Assembly: GCA_964530925.1 (NCBI GenBank)
Contig: CAZHBZ010000002.1
Coordinates: 3,621-67,620 of the forward strand
DNA length: 64,000 nt
DNA from: an uncultured Candidatus Saccharibacteria bacterium
Lineage (GTDB): Bacteria > Patescibacteriota > Minisyncoccia > UBA6257 > 2-01-FULL-56-20
Direction of reading: 5' to 3'
Translations under genes and position numbers: made by a program
Notes under the pieces: model-generated
The model's database searches: none
Told to the model about the DNA's origin: nothing
The model's input: the letters and a program-made list of their open reading frames with translations, nothing else
Shown here: piece after piece, positions 46,437-55,085 of the stretch
Layout of the letters: each line of letters starts with the position of its first letter
Numbering within the stretch: position 1 is the stretch's first letter

Positions 46437-48534
46437 TTCTCATTCCTTCAAAAATATAATAACAGATAAAGAGCTGCATAAGCCCATCATAGCCGGAGGC
46501 CCACTTCGGTTCCCCCACGACAACATCCCAAAGCTCCGGGGCCACGCTGAAAGCAATCGAATCTATCTCTCCGGGAGAAACCTGCCCCTCTACCCTGACT
46601 TCTTGAAATTCATCTGAGAAAGAATGGTTCACGCGCATCCCCCGGAGCTCTCCCAGTGCGGAAAGAAGCGGATCCATATTTACGTGATTCCCGCACCTTA
46701 TGGCCAAATTCATATTCCCAGTTCCATCCACCCTGCCGAGAGAAACAACAATATCCGAATATTGTTCCTGGGGCTTAATGAACCGTTCGGAGTCGGATCC
46801 TCTTTTTTTAATCTGTTCCAGCACACGCGCCCGATCATAGCCCCTCTCTCGCATGTCACGTTCAACTTTCCAGTCAACCCTTAAATCTTCATCTGGACGC
46901 AAAAATATTTTTAGATCCAAGATGTCCCTCATCTTCGTCAGATACAAAGAGTGAAGCCCTTCAAAAATAATTATTTTTTTGGATTCCAGCTTTTCCGGAA
47001 GGGTAAACCTTCCTCTATTATGGTCGTATCTTTTCCTTTCCACTCCATCGCCTCCGCCGAGCCTAATCGCTTGCTCCAGGTCAGCGTGAAGATTATTTGC
47101 CCGCGGATCGAGGTGGGTAAACTTATTCCACATTTTGTTCCCCCTCTCCCATTTATGCATATCGTCTCCTTCGGCGACCACGGTATTTTTCTCCCCAAAT
47201 ACATCCGATATCAACCTAGCAACCGTAGATTTGCCGCTACCTGAGTCCCCGGAAAGTCCGATAAGATAGGGTTTGTAACTTATTTTGTAACGCATATTGC
47301 TCTCGATTCCCTTTCGGTATATCCAAAAAACACTGAGCGCCAAAGCGGCCTGCAGCGCGCTAAATATAGAATTAATTATTATCGCCGGGTTATGGCCATA
47401 GGAGGAGATGGCCGAATAAAGATTAGGATACCCGGCTATAACTTTTGATATAGGATAAAACACCTCGAACATATCCGAGTTGGGAATAAACATAAAATAC
47501 AAAAAATAAAGAAAGTTCAGGGCAAAAAAGCTAAGCATTGGAGCATCGTCCTGTTTTATGTAGAAATATATAAGAAACGGAAGCACCCAATAATACCAGC
47601 CTTGCATGGGCGGGATAAAGAAAGTAAGTATGCCGAAACTGAAACCGAGAAACATCAGGAAAATGTCTCGATTATAAGTCTTATAGGTGAAACCTTTCGC
47701 CAGAAGAAGAAGGTACGCAAATGGAACCAGGTAGATGACGAAGTTCCCGCCAAAATTTATCTTGAAGTCGAATACCTTAAACTCTTGGGGAGTTTTGAGA
47801 ACTATCTCTACGAATCCCGGAGATAGAAGGTAGTTGGCATTCAGCGCCAAAAAGACAAAGATCGGGATTGCCGAAAAGAGCAATACCTTTCTGACTCCTA
47901 TTTTCTGGCTCACAAGATATGCGATAGCAAAGGGTAGAACTATTAACATCCCCGTCTTCGCAGAAACAGCGAGCCCGAGAAATATAAAAGCCGCAAATAA
48001 TTTTTCTTTAAAAATAAAGTATAGCGAGACAAAAAGAAGGGCAATGGGAATCGCATCCAGCTGGCCATGAATATAGCTTATATAAAAAAGTATCGGTGAA
48101 CACCAATAATAGCGCAGCACTTTCTCTTGTTTGCTCTTGAGCCACCTGACCAAAATCAGGAATATCGCCAAGTCCGCCAAAAGTATGGGGAGTCTGTAGA
48201 TCAGGAGGTGCAGATTTCCGGCCGCGAAATAGTCCGCGCTAACCAGAAAAGAAAAAATTGCCCTTGGAACGGCCAGCGCCCAAAGCATCACGCTCGGGTA
48301 GGGAAAAATATCCAGAATCCCGGCTTGAGAAAAAAATGCATACGGGTTCTCAAACCCGCTAACCACGAAATAATTTATAAATCTGGAGAATAAATCCGTT
48401 AGGTAGTGTGAAGCGAAAAGCGCCGAAGACAGCAACTTCAGACCCAAAACACACCAAAAGAGAGGCCGTCTCAATATTGGGACTTTAAAACTTCCCTGCC
48501 TGTCATAAAGACGGCTTTTCAGGTATTTGACCAT
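46408..48534 (-). CDS. fusion protein: N-terminal polytopic membrane domain (about 420 aa, GT-C/DUF2029-like) plus C-terminal phosphoribulokinase/uridine-kinase-family P-loop kinase domain
   Basis: C-terminus: LIGLSGDSGSGKST (P-loop), IIFEGLH, KIFLRPDEDLRVDWKVERDMRERGY...PQEQYSDIVV closely follows the PRK/Udk family blocks; N-terminus has 11 or more hydrophobic helices; overlaps the downstream gene by 29 nt. Confidence 0.7.
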   Translation of the reverse strand: MVKYLKSRLYDRQGSFKVPILRRPLFWCVLGLKLLSSALFASHYLTDLFSRFINYFVVSGFENPYAFFSQAGILDIFPYPSVMLWALAVPRAIFSFLVSADYFAAGNLHLLIYRLPILLADLAIFLILVRWLKSKQEKVLRYYWCSPILFYISYIHGQLDAIPIALLFVSLYFIFKEKLFAAFIFLGLAVSAKTGMLIVLPFAIAYLVSQKIGVRKVLLFSAIPIFVFLALNANYLLSPGFVEIVLKTPQEFKVFDFKINFGGNFVIYLVPFAYLLLLAKGFTYKTYNRDIFLMFLGFSFGILTFFIPPMQGWYYWVLPFLIYFYIKQDDAPMLSFFALNFLYFLYFMFIPNSDMFEVFYPISKVIAGYPNLYSAISSYGHNPAIIINSIFSALQAALALSVFWIYRKGIESNMRYKISYKPYLIGLSGDSGSGKSTVARLISDVFGEKNTVVAEGDDMHKWERGNKMWNKFTHLDPRANNLHADLEQAIRLGGGDGVERKRYDHNRGRFTLPEKLESKKIIIFEGLHSLYLTKMRDILDLKIFLRPDEDLRVDWKVERDMRERGYDRARVLEQIKKRGSDSERFIKPQEQYSDIVVSLGRVDGTGNMNLAIRCGNHVNMDPLLSALGELRGMRVNHSFSDEFQEVRVEGQVSPGEIDSIAFSVAPELWDVVVGEPKWASGYDGLMQLFICYYIFEGMRIEEYEKRTY

Positions 48535-48558
48535 GATGCGTTGAGCCAGCTAGATTGC

Positions 48559-49212
48559 CTATCCTAAAAGAACCGTTCTTATTCCCGCTGCCTTTGCTCC
48601 GGAAATATCCTTTTCCAAATCGTCTCCTATAAGAAGGCACTCCTTTGGCCTCAGTTTAAGCTTCTTAAGAGCCAGGGAGAATATCGCCTCGTGGGGCTTA
48701 TCCTTTCCAGCCTCTTCCGAAGATACAATAAAATCCAGGTATTTATCAACCGAAAGGGATTTAACTTTCTCCATCTGTATCCGCGCAGTAAGATCGGTTA
48801 TCAGACAAATCTTTATCCCTCTTTTTTTCGAATTGGATAAAAAGGTTTTTACGCCCTCTTTCAAATTCATTTTTTTGAAAAAATTATTCCAAAAAATTTC
48901 TTCAATCCGCAAAGTCAGGGCGATATCAGTTCTTCCCAGATGTTTTTCCAAAAGTACCTGAAAATAAAGAAGGCGCGAGTGAGAGGCTGCTGTTCCTCCC
49001 AGAGAAGATTTTACTTCCTTGCGAGCTTCGCCATACATACGCTCCAGATCTTTTTCGGAAAGATTAAGGCGGCGACTCAACACCTTGAAACAGGCGCTCA
49101 TGCCGTTTTTGTTTGCCGGTTCGTAATCATAAAGAGTGTTGTCCAGATCCAAAAGGATACCCCTCACGCCAGACAGAGCAATTTCTGGGATATAAAATTT
49201 ATTTTTTTTCAT
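48559..49212 (-). CDS. HAD-superfamily hydrolase (subfamily IA-like phosphatase)
   Basis: Motif I LLDLDNTLYD, motif III K, motif IV LLIGDDLEKDISGAKAAG. Confidence 0.85.
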   Translation of the reverse strand: MKKNKFYIPEIALSGVRGILLDLDNTLYDYEPANKNGMSACFKVLSRRLNLSEKDLERMYGEARKEVKSSLGGTAASHSRLLYFQVLLEKHLGRTDIALTLRIEEIFWNNFFKKMNLKEGVKTFLSNSKKRGIKICLITDLTARIQMEKVKSLSVDKYLDFIVSSEEAGKDKPHEAIFSLALKKLKLRPKECLLIGDDLEKDISGAKAAGIRTVLLG

Positions 49213-50935
49213 AATTTTTCAAAACCAATTCAGCCCAAAAGCGAGAGAGGTGGCCTGGCGCGCCTTTTAAATCCAAAGAAAGCCAATTCCCCAGCGGAAA
49301 TGCGAAACCCATTTTCGGTCTGTCCCACACCTCGCGCGGCAAGTCTCGACCCATGGCGGAGATAAGCAACTCCTTGGGTCGCGCAGTCAGCTTGAGCGAG
49401 ACAGGAAGCGAACTTATATATTCCACGAGTACGTGATCCAAAAATGGGACCCTCGCCTCTATAGAATGTCGCATCGACATGAAATCCGTGTCTTTCAAAA
49501 GCTGGTTGGCCATGTAAAAATTGACCTCCAGCCAGGAAAGGGCGTCGGCCGGATGCAAATTCTTGAGTTCGGTTGGCAGGAAATCTCCAAGTTTAGCAAT
49601 ATAGCTCCAAACCGAAGACTCGTTTATTTTTAAAGTTTCCGCTATCTCCGCCGGGGGGAAAAGTCCCCGAAGCGACAAATAGAAGTTTATGAGCCCCTTT
49701 CCCTCATATAGATAAATTAATTTCGCCCAACTCCTCCGAAGGGATAAGAGTTTGAGCGGCCACTTTAAAATTTTTGGTAATTTTTGAACGAATCGAAAAA
49801 GGCTCGCTCGCTTAAAATAGTGGTAGCCCATAAAAATCTCGTCGCTCCCCAACCCGGAAAGCACCGCCTTGAGTCCGGCCTCTTTGGCCGCTCGAGAGAC
49901 AAAATATGTATTTACGCCATCGATGGTTGGCTGATCCATGGCCGCAAATATATTTTCCTTTTCCGACTCGAAATCTTCCCTCCCGACCAAGTATTCTTTG
50001 TGCCGGCTTTTAATTCGCGCCGTCACACCTTCCCGATACTTTTTCTCCGAAAATTTATATTCTTTAAAATCAATAGAAAGCGTATCTAGAGCTTTTTCTC
50101 TCTGTTTCGCGGCTAAAATGGCCAAAACGGATGAATCTATTCCCCCGCTCAAGAAAACTCCGAGTGGCGCGTCGCTTATGAGATGTAACCTGACGGATTC
50201 ATTCAATAGTTCCTTGATTCTTGAAACAGCCGCTCCTTTTGCTGGCGAAATTTTTTTGAGAAAGGAAGTTAGGGGCTCATAATATTTGATTTCTTTGGCC
50301 CCGTTTTTTGAAAAACTTAGATAATGTCCGGCTCTCACAGAATAAACCTCCTTGAATGTAGTCTTGGGAAGTGGCACCGAGCCAAAAAGCAAAAAGCCAA
50401 TCTTTGCCTCCTCGTCTTCATGTAGTTCCACGAGGCCGCTCTCTTTTATGGCCACGACCGTCGAGGCAAAAACAAGACCTCCCTGGGTCGCTGCGTAATA
50501 AAGCGGTTTTATCCCGTACCGATCGCGCGCGAGAATCAACTCTTCTCCCCGAGAATCATAAAGCGCTATCGCGAACATTCCCCGCAACTTGGAAAATGAT
50601 TCCTTCCCCCACTCTTTGTAGCTTGCGAGAATTACCTCAGTGTCAGTTTTTGTTTTGAACGAATACCCTTTTGCGACAAGTTCCTTTTTAATTTCTTCGA
50701 AGTTATATATCTCTCCATTGAAAGTTATATGCAAATTACCCGAAGACATCGGTTGATGCCCGTCGGCCGAAAGATCGATTATAGAAAGGCGTCTTTGGCC
50801 GAACGTTGCCGGACCGAAAGAATCGAGCCCTTCATCATCCGGCCCTCGAAGCTTCTGACGAGCGTTCATCTTGCGGACCGCATCTTCGGACCCTCGCCCA
50901 TCCGAAAACGAAATTGCCCCCGCGATTCCGCACAT
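49199..50935 (-). CDS. asparagine synthase (glutamine-hydrolysing) family amidotransferase
   Basis: N-terminal MCGIAG (Ntn Cys), SGGIDSS PP-loop; 578 aa; embedded in the glycan operon (WbpS/AsnB-like context). Confidence 0.88.
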   Translation of the reverse strand: MCGIAGAISFSDGRGSEDAVRKMNARQKLRGPDDEGLDSFGPATFGQRRLSIIDLSADGHQPMSSGNLHITFNGEIYNFEEIKKELVAKGYSFKTKTDTEVILASYKEWGKESFSKLRGMFAIALYDSRGEELILARDRYGIKPLYYAATQGGLVFASTVVAIKESGLVELHEDEEAKIGFLLFGSVPLPKTTFKEVYSVRAGHYLSFSKNGAKEIKYYEPLTSFLKKISPAKGAAVSRIKELLNESVRLHLISDAPLGVFLSGGIDSSVLAILAAKQREKALDTLSIDFKEYKFSEKKYREGVTARIKSRHKEYLVGREDFESEKENIFAAMDQPTIDGVNTYFVSRAAKEAGLKAVLSGLGSDEIFMGYHYFKRASLFRFVQKLPKILKWPLKLLSLRRSWAKLIYLYEGKGLINFYLSLRGLFPPAEIAETLKINESSVWSYIAKLGDFLPTELKNLHPADALSWLEVNFYMANQLLKDTDFMSMRHSIEARVPFLDHVLVEYISSLPVSLKLTARPKELLISAMGRDLPREVWDRPKMGFAFPLGNWLSLDLKGAPGHLSRFWAELVLKNYEKK

Positions 50936-50936
50936 T

Positions 50937-51536
50937 TTATTTTCCTTTTTCCGGAGCCTTTAGCGTCGCCAAAAGATCGCTCACCCGGGAATCATCCGGC
51001 CAATATTTCAAAATAGTCCCTCCAACTTCTCTTGTATTCTCGTCATCTCCGACCGCGCTATAAAGCGTCAGAAGACCGTAAAGGACCGGCGGCAATTTCG
51101 GTCCGAGTTCACGCGCTCGTTTGTAATAGTCTATGGCGGCATCATAATCATCCTGCTTCATAAACCGAGTGAGAGACATTGTGTGAAGAGTTGCCATAGC
51201 AATATAATGCCGCGTGTCCGGATATATTTTCGGTTCGATATAATCTATAAGTTCCCGCGCCATCGATTCGGATATGTCTTGCTGCGAGTTGACCACGGAA
51301 AGGATATTGCTTGTAAGATATTTCGCCGACTCCTCTCCTCCGACCGGAGAATAGAAATCAAAAACTTTATCGAAATTCGCTTTGAAATCAGCGATGGTGC
51401 GCACGCTGTTGGCGCTTCGGGCCGAGTCTATATAGGTTTGCGATTTTAAGACCGGCAAGACCGAACCGAATACAAACAAAAAAACCACGGCGAGGATACA
51501 GAGCGAAATAACCGCCAATTTAAAACTATTGTTCAT
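50937..51536 (-). CDS. hypothetical membrane-anchored TPR-like protein
   Basis: N-terminal TM segment followed by helical repeats (…AIDYYKRARELGP…); no precise family. Confidence 0.5.
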   Translation of the reverse strand: MNNSFKLAVISLCILAVVFLFVFGSVLPVLKSQTYIDSARSANSVRTIADFKANFDKVFDFYSPVGGEESAKYLTSNILSVVNSQQDISESMARELIDYIEPKIYPDTRHYIAMATLHTMSLTRFMKQDDYDAAIDYYKRARELGPKLPPVLYGLLTLYSAVGDDENTREVGGTILKYWPDDSRVSDLLATLKAPEKGK

Positions 51537-52896
51537 TAGTCCTGTTTTCTTTTGCCCGCGACGAATTCAGAAGATAGTAGGCAAAACCAAAGAAGAGAAA
51601 AATATTCAAGTAAGTCGGCAATATGTCGAAAAGCACCATGCCCTGCACCAGGTAAGCTATGGGCAACGCGAAGACTATCGCCTTGGCGGCTGGCGAGAGC
51701 TTCGCTAGTCTTGAAGCGTTCTCGTGGCTCGAATGTTTCTCCCGCCCCTTTCTTAAAACCTCCACGAAGAAAACCAAAAAAATAGAGAAGTACGCGAGAG
51801 TTCCCAAAAGCCCTATCTCCGCCAAATAATCAAAGAATATATTATGAGCCCTATCGAACCACGCGCCGAACGCCGCCGGCGGCTTGAAATATTCGGTATT
51901 AAAATTGCGGTCAAAAACATGTAAGAAATTTTCCGGACCGGCTCCCAAAAGCGGCCTCTCTTTAAATCCGTCCCAAGCCATCTTCCAGATAGTGCGGCGG
52001 TCGCTGAAAGTTTGAGCGCTGAAAGAAATATCAAAAACCCTGGCGAACGGGAGCTTCTTTATGAGCGGATTATCTTTTAAGACGACCATCGCCGACACAA
52101 ACAAAACCACAAACGCCGCAAGCCCAATAAGCCACTTCCTCCACTCTTTTTTGGAGAACGCCAAAAATCCCAGGAAAAATACCGAACTCGCGATTAAAGC
52201 TAGGAAAGCTCCGCGGGTCGCCGCCAAAAATAGAAATACAATAAATATCAAAACGGAAGCGGCTATCGGCAGGCCCTTAACCGAACGAATCTGTCCGCGA
52301 TATTTAGTAAAAAGGAGATAAAGAGCGAAAAAGAGCATAAAAATCATGTAAGTCGCGAAATAGGCCGGGTTTCCGATAGAACCTTGGAATCGGAAATTCT
52401 CCGCGCTAAACGCCGGGCCGATCACGTTCTCCACTCCCCAGCCCGCCAAAAGACCGTAACCAATAGAAAGGAAGGCGGCGGAAAAAGAGCACCAGAATAT
52501 TCTTATCCAGTTCTTCTCTTCGTCAAAAAGCGCCGCTAAAAGCAGAAAAAATCCATAAAGATGGAGTATCTGTAAGCCACCCTCTCCCCGCTCAAAATTA
52601 GACCAAAAAGAATTGGCTGGATCGACGCCAAAAGCTCCAGAGAGAAGAAAAAAGAATGTAAACGCTGAAATCGCGATGCCGAGCGGAGACCTTATAACTT
52701 TGCGTAGCTTGTCTAGATAGACATCGCCGTCGCTCTCTTTTATGAGCCCGATAAGGAAAAAGATAAGCGCGAAGTCAACGGAACTCCGAAACCACGCGTA
52801 TTTCCCAACGATAAAAGGGAAAAGCGTGGATGTAGTAACCAAGGTTATCGCGAAAACCGCGGCGTAAAGAAAAAATTTTGATATTTTGAATGACAT
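51526..52896 (-). CDS. O-antigen ligase/polymerase family membrane protein (Wzy_C)
   Basis: 10-12 TM helices with a periplasmic loop (…QGSIGNPAY…ATRGAF…); 456 aa; closes the Wzx/Wzy-type locus. Confidence 0.75.
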   Translation of the reverse strand: MSFKISKFFLYAAVFAITLVTTSTLFPFIVGKYAWFRSSVDFALIFFLIGLIKESDGDVYLDKLRKVIRSPLGIAISAFTFFFLLSGAFGVDPANSFWSNFERGEGGLQILHLYGFFLLLAALFDEEKNWIRIFWCSFSAAFLSIGYGLLAGWGVENVIGPAFSAENFRFQGSIGNPAYFATYMIFMLFFALYLLFTKYRGQIRSVKGLPIAASVLIFIVFLFLAATRGAFLALIASSVFFLGFLAFSKKEWRKWLIGLAAFVVLFVSAMVVLKDNPLIKKLPFARVFDISFSAQTFSDRRTIWKMAWDGFKERPLLGAGPENFLHVFDRNFNTEYFKPPAAFGAWFDRAHNIFFDYLAEIGLLGTLAYFSIFLVFFVEVLRKGREKHSSHENASRLAKLSPAAKAIVFALPIAYLVQGMVLFDILPTYLNIFLFFGFAYYLLNSSRAKENRTNEQ

Positions 52897-52937
52897 AGGC
52901 GTGAGTAGTTTGTCGTAAGTCGTTGGTAGTTAGACTT
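52897..52937 (-). repeat. GT-rich (plus-sense) arm of an inverted repeat pair flanking the four-helix-bundle gene; its reverse complement forms the leader of the ligase gene
   Basis: GAGTAGTTTGTCGTAAGTCGTTGGTAGTTAGAC, about 75% match to the reverse complement of the arm at 53312-53344. Confidence 0.55.
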
Positions 52938-52945
52938 CTCCTGCT

Positions 52946-53311
52946 TTATTCTAGACTTTTAGCCAATTTGTTGAGCATCCTCATAACGTCATCAAGCAGC
53001 ACTAGAACTTTAGCATAATCTTCTTTGCGCCCAAAACCAAGATTCTTGGCAATCTCAAGCTGCGTTTCCAATTCCGCGCCAGAACCAAACGCTATTAACA
53101 CAAAATGCCTGAAATCTTTTTTTGTTCCTCACCTGCTTCCTTCGGCTATATTTGAAGGGATCGAGACAGCCGATCTTTTAATCTGGGATACAAGAGCGAA
53201 TCTTTCGTCGGACGGGAATACCTCGGTTAAGGAATACACCAAACCCGCAAGTTCGACGGATTTTTGCCAAACATGAAGTTCTCTATATGAACCAAGTTTC
53301 ATTGCCCCCAT
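52946..53311 (-). pseudogene. four-helix-bundle protein (23S rRNA intervening-sequence protein family) interrupted by an in-frame TGA at 53129-53131
   Basis: MGAMKLGSYRELHVWQKSVELAGLVYSLTEVFPSDERFALVSQIKRSAVSIPSNIAEGSR-TGA-GTKKDFRHFVLIAFGSGAELETQLEIAKNLGF...LNKLAKSLE; both halves match the family consensus in one frame. Confidence 0.75.
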
Positions 53312-53344
53312 AACTACCTACGACCCACGACTAACGACCAACTA
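53312..53344 (-). repeat. CA-rich (plus-sense) arm of the inverted repeat pair; overlaps the rny stop codon
   Basis: AACTACCTACGACCCACGACTAACGACCAACTACC containing the family core CACGACTAAC. Confidence 0.55.
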
Positions 53345-54862
53345 CCTGGCAAACTCCACCGCCCTCATTTCCCTGATAACATTCACCTTAATTTCGCCCG
53401 GATACTTAAGCTCGCTCTGTATCCTGTTTGCGATTTCCTTGGCCATCTCGAGCGCCCGGAAGTCGTCTATTTTTTCGGGAATTACGAACACGCGCAATTC
53501 GCGGCCCGCGGAAATAGCATAGGCATTTTTAACCCCTGGAAATTCGGAGGCGATCTTTTCCAAATCCGCCAGACGTTTAATGTAATTTTCCACCGTTCCC
53601 CTCCTCGCTCCGGGGCGCGCGGCGGACAACACGTCCACGGCAGTTATAACAAATGACTCCGGAGACGCGTACGGATAATCTTCGTGATGGCTCCTCATCC
53701 CGTTTATCACATCTTCGGAAATACCGTACTTCTTGAGTATCTTCATTCCAAGATCCACGTGCGTTCCTTCTACCTCGTGGTCTATGGCTTTTCCGATGTC
53801 GTGCAAGAGCGCGGCCTTCTTCGCCACCGCCACATTCAACCCCAACTCCGCCGCCATCATGCCGGCAAGATAAGTCATCTCGATCGAGTGGTTCAAAACA
53901 TTCTGACCAAAACTGGTGCGGAAATGTAAGCGCCCCAAGAGCGAAAGAATTTCTTTTGGCAGATCGTAAACACCGACCTCCATTGCCGCCGCCTCGCCAA
54001 TCTCGCCCACGCGCTTGTTGAGTTCTTCTTTGGCTTCCTCAACCTTTTCCTCTATCTTCGCGGGTTGGATCCGGCCGTCTTTAATGAGTTGTTCCAAGGC
54101 AAGCCTCGCGACTTCCCTGCGGAAAGGGTCGAAGGACGAAATGACTATGGTGTCCGGAGTTTCATCCATCACGAATTCCACGCCGGTCGCTCTTTCCAGA
54201 GCGCGGATGTTGCGGCCTTCGCGGCCGATTATTTTTCCTTTAATTTCCTCGTCAGCCAGATGGAAAACAGTGGTGGTAAGTTCGGAAACGTGCGAACGGG
54301 CGTAGCGCTGCATCGCGGTCGTGATTATCTCCACAGATTTTTTCTCGAGCTCATCCCGGAGATTCTGTTCGAGCTTCTGCATAGTTTTCGCAAGATCCTC
54401 CCGATTCTGTTCTTTTACCGCGGAATACAAAGCTTCCTTTGCCTGCTCGGGCGAAAGACCGCTCACTTTTTCTAGCTCCACCTGCGCCTTGGCGCGGACT
54501 TCGTCTACCTCTTTGTGGCGCGCTTCGAGAGCCTCTCGCTCAGCGCGAAGTTTAGCGGAATCCTGGTCCAACGCGGTTAATTTCTTTTCCAAAGACTCCT
54601 CGCGTTCATGGATGCGGGATTCGAGGGCCAATATTTCTTTTTTCCGATCGCGTTCCTCCTTTTGCGCTTCTTCCAAAATGTTCGAGGCTTTCTCTTTCGC
54701 GCCAAGCAAAATTTCCTTGGCCTCGCTCTCGGCTTTTTTATTCTTCTCTTCTATTTGCTGCTCGAGCGAACCTAACTGTTTAGTCGCCCAAACCTGTCGC
54801 ACAAAGTATCCTGCCGCCAGACCCAAAACAAGGCCCCCTAAGGGAATCAGTATTGAAGACAT
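53342..54862 (-). CDS. rny: ribonuclease Y
   Basis: N-terminal TM anchor, coiled-coil, KH domain (…IGREGRNIR…) and HD domain (…HDIGK…); 506 aa. Confidence 0.92.
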   Translation of the reverse strand: MSSILIPLGGLVLGLAAGYFVRQVWATKQLGSLEQQIEEKNKKAESEAKEILLGAKEKASNILEEAQKEERDRKKEILALESRIHEREESLEKKLTALDQDSAKLRAEREALEARHKEVDEVRAKAQVELEKVSGLSPEQAKEALYSAVKEQNREDLAKTMQKLEQNLRDELEKKSVEIITTAMQRYARSHVSELTTTVFHLADEEIKGKIIGREGRNIRALERATGVEFVMDETPDTIVISSFDPFRREVARLALEQLIKDGRIQPAKIEEKVEEAKEELNKRVGEIGEAAAMEVGVYDLPKEILSLLGRLHFRTSFGQNVLNHSIEMTYLAGMMAAELGLNVAVAKKAALLHDIGKAIDHEVEGTHVDLGMKILKKYGISEDVINGMRSHHEDYPYASPESFVITAVDVLSAARPGARRGTVENYIKRLADLEKIASEFPGVKNAYAISAGRELRVFVIPEKIDDFRALEMAKEIANRIQSELKYPGEIKVNVIREMRAVEFAR

Positions 54863-55048
54863 TATTAATTTTTCGTTGAAACTCCATCTCGATAAGACGA
54901 AGGTTGATGACTCTTTCGAACTTCATCATACCCCAATTTGGCCTAAATGGTCAATAAAATGGCATAATTGTATTAGTCAGATAATCGCCCGTCGTTCAGA
55001 AATTCTTCGCCCAATAAAACGGGACAAGAATTACTCCTTGTGTTTTTT

Positions 55049-55085
55049 CCTATAACCCAACACCTATAACCTATCACCTATTTCT
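55049..55085 (+). repeat. CA/CT-rich leader element (CCTATAACCCAACACCTATAACCTATCACCTATTTCT) directly upstream of the gpmI ATG
   Basis: G-free 37-nt tract abutting the start codon with no Shine-Dalgarno; a degenerate member of the CTAC-type repeat family. Confidence 0.45.

Noticed and set aside
53129-53131. In-frame TGA in the 4HB gene as evidence for genetic code 25 (TGA=Gly)
   Set aside because: groEL and other long conserved genes contain no in-frame TGA, and TGA terminates the dehydratase and TPM genes; a standard code with a pseudogene, readthrough or sequencing error is more parsimonious
54321-55055. 244-aa Ser-rich plus-strand ORF antisense to rny
   Set aside because: Ser/Phe/Cys-rich low complexity; antisense to the conserved RNase Y
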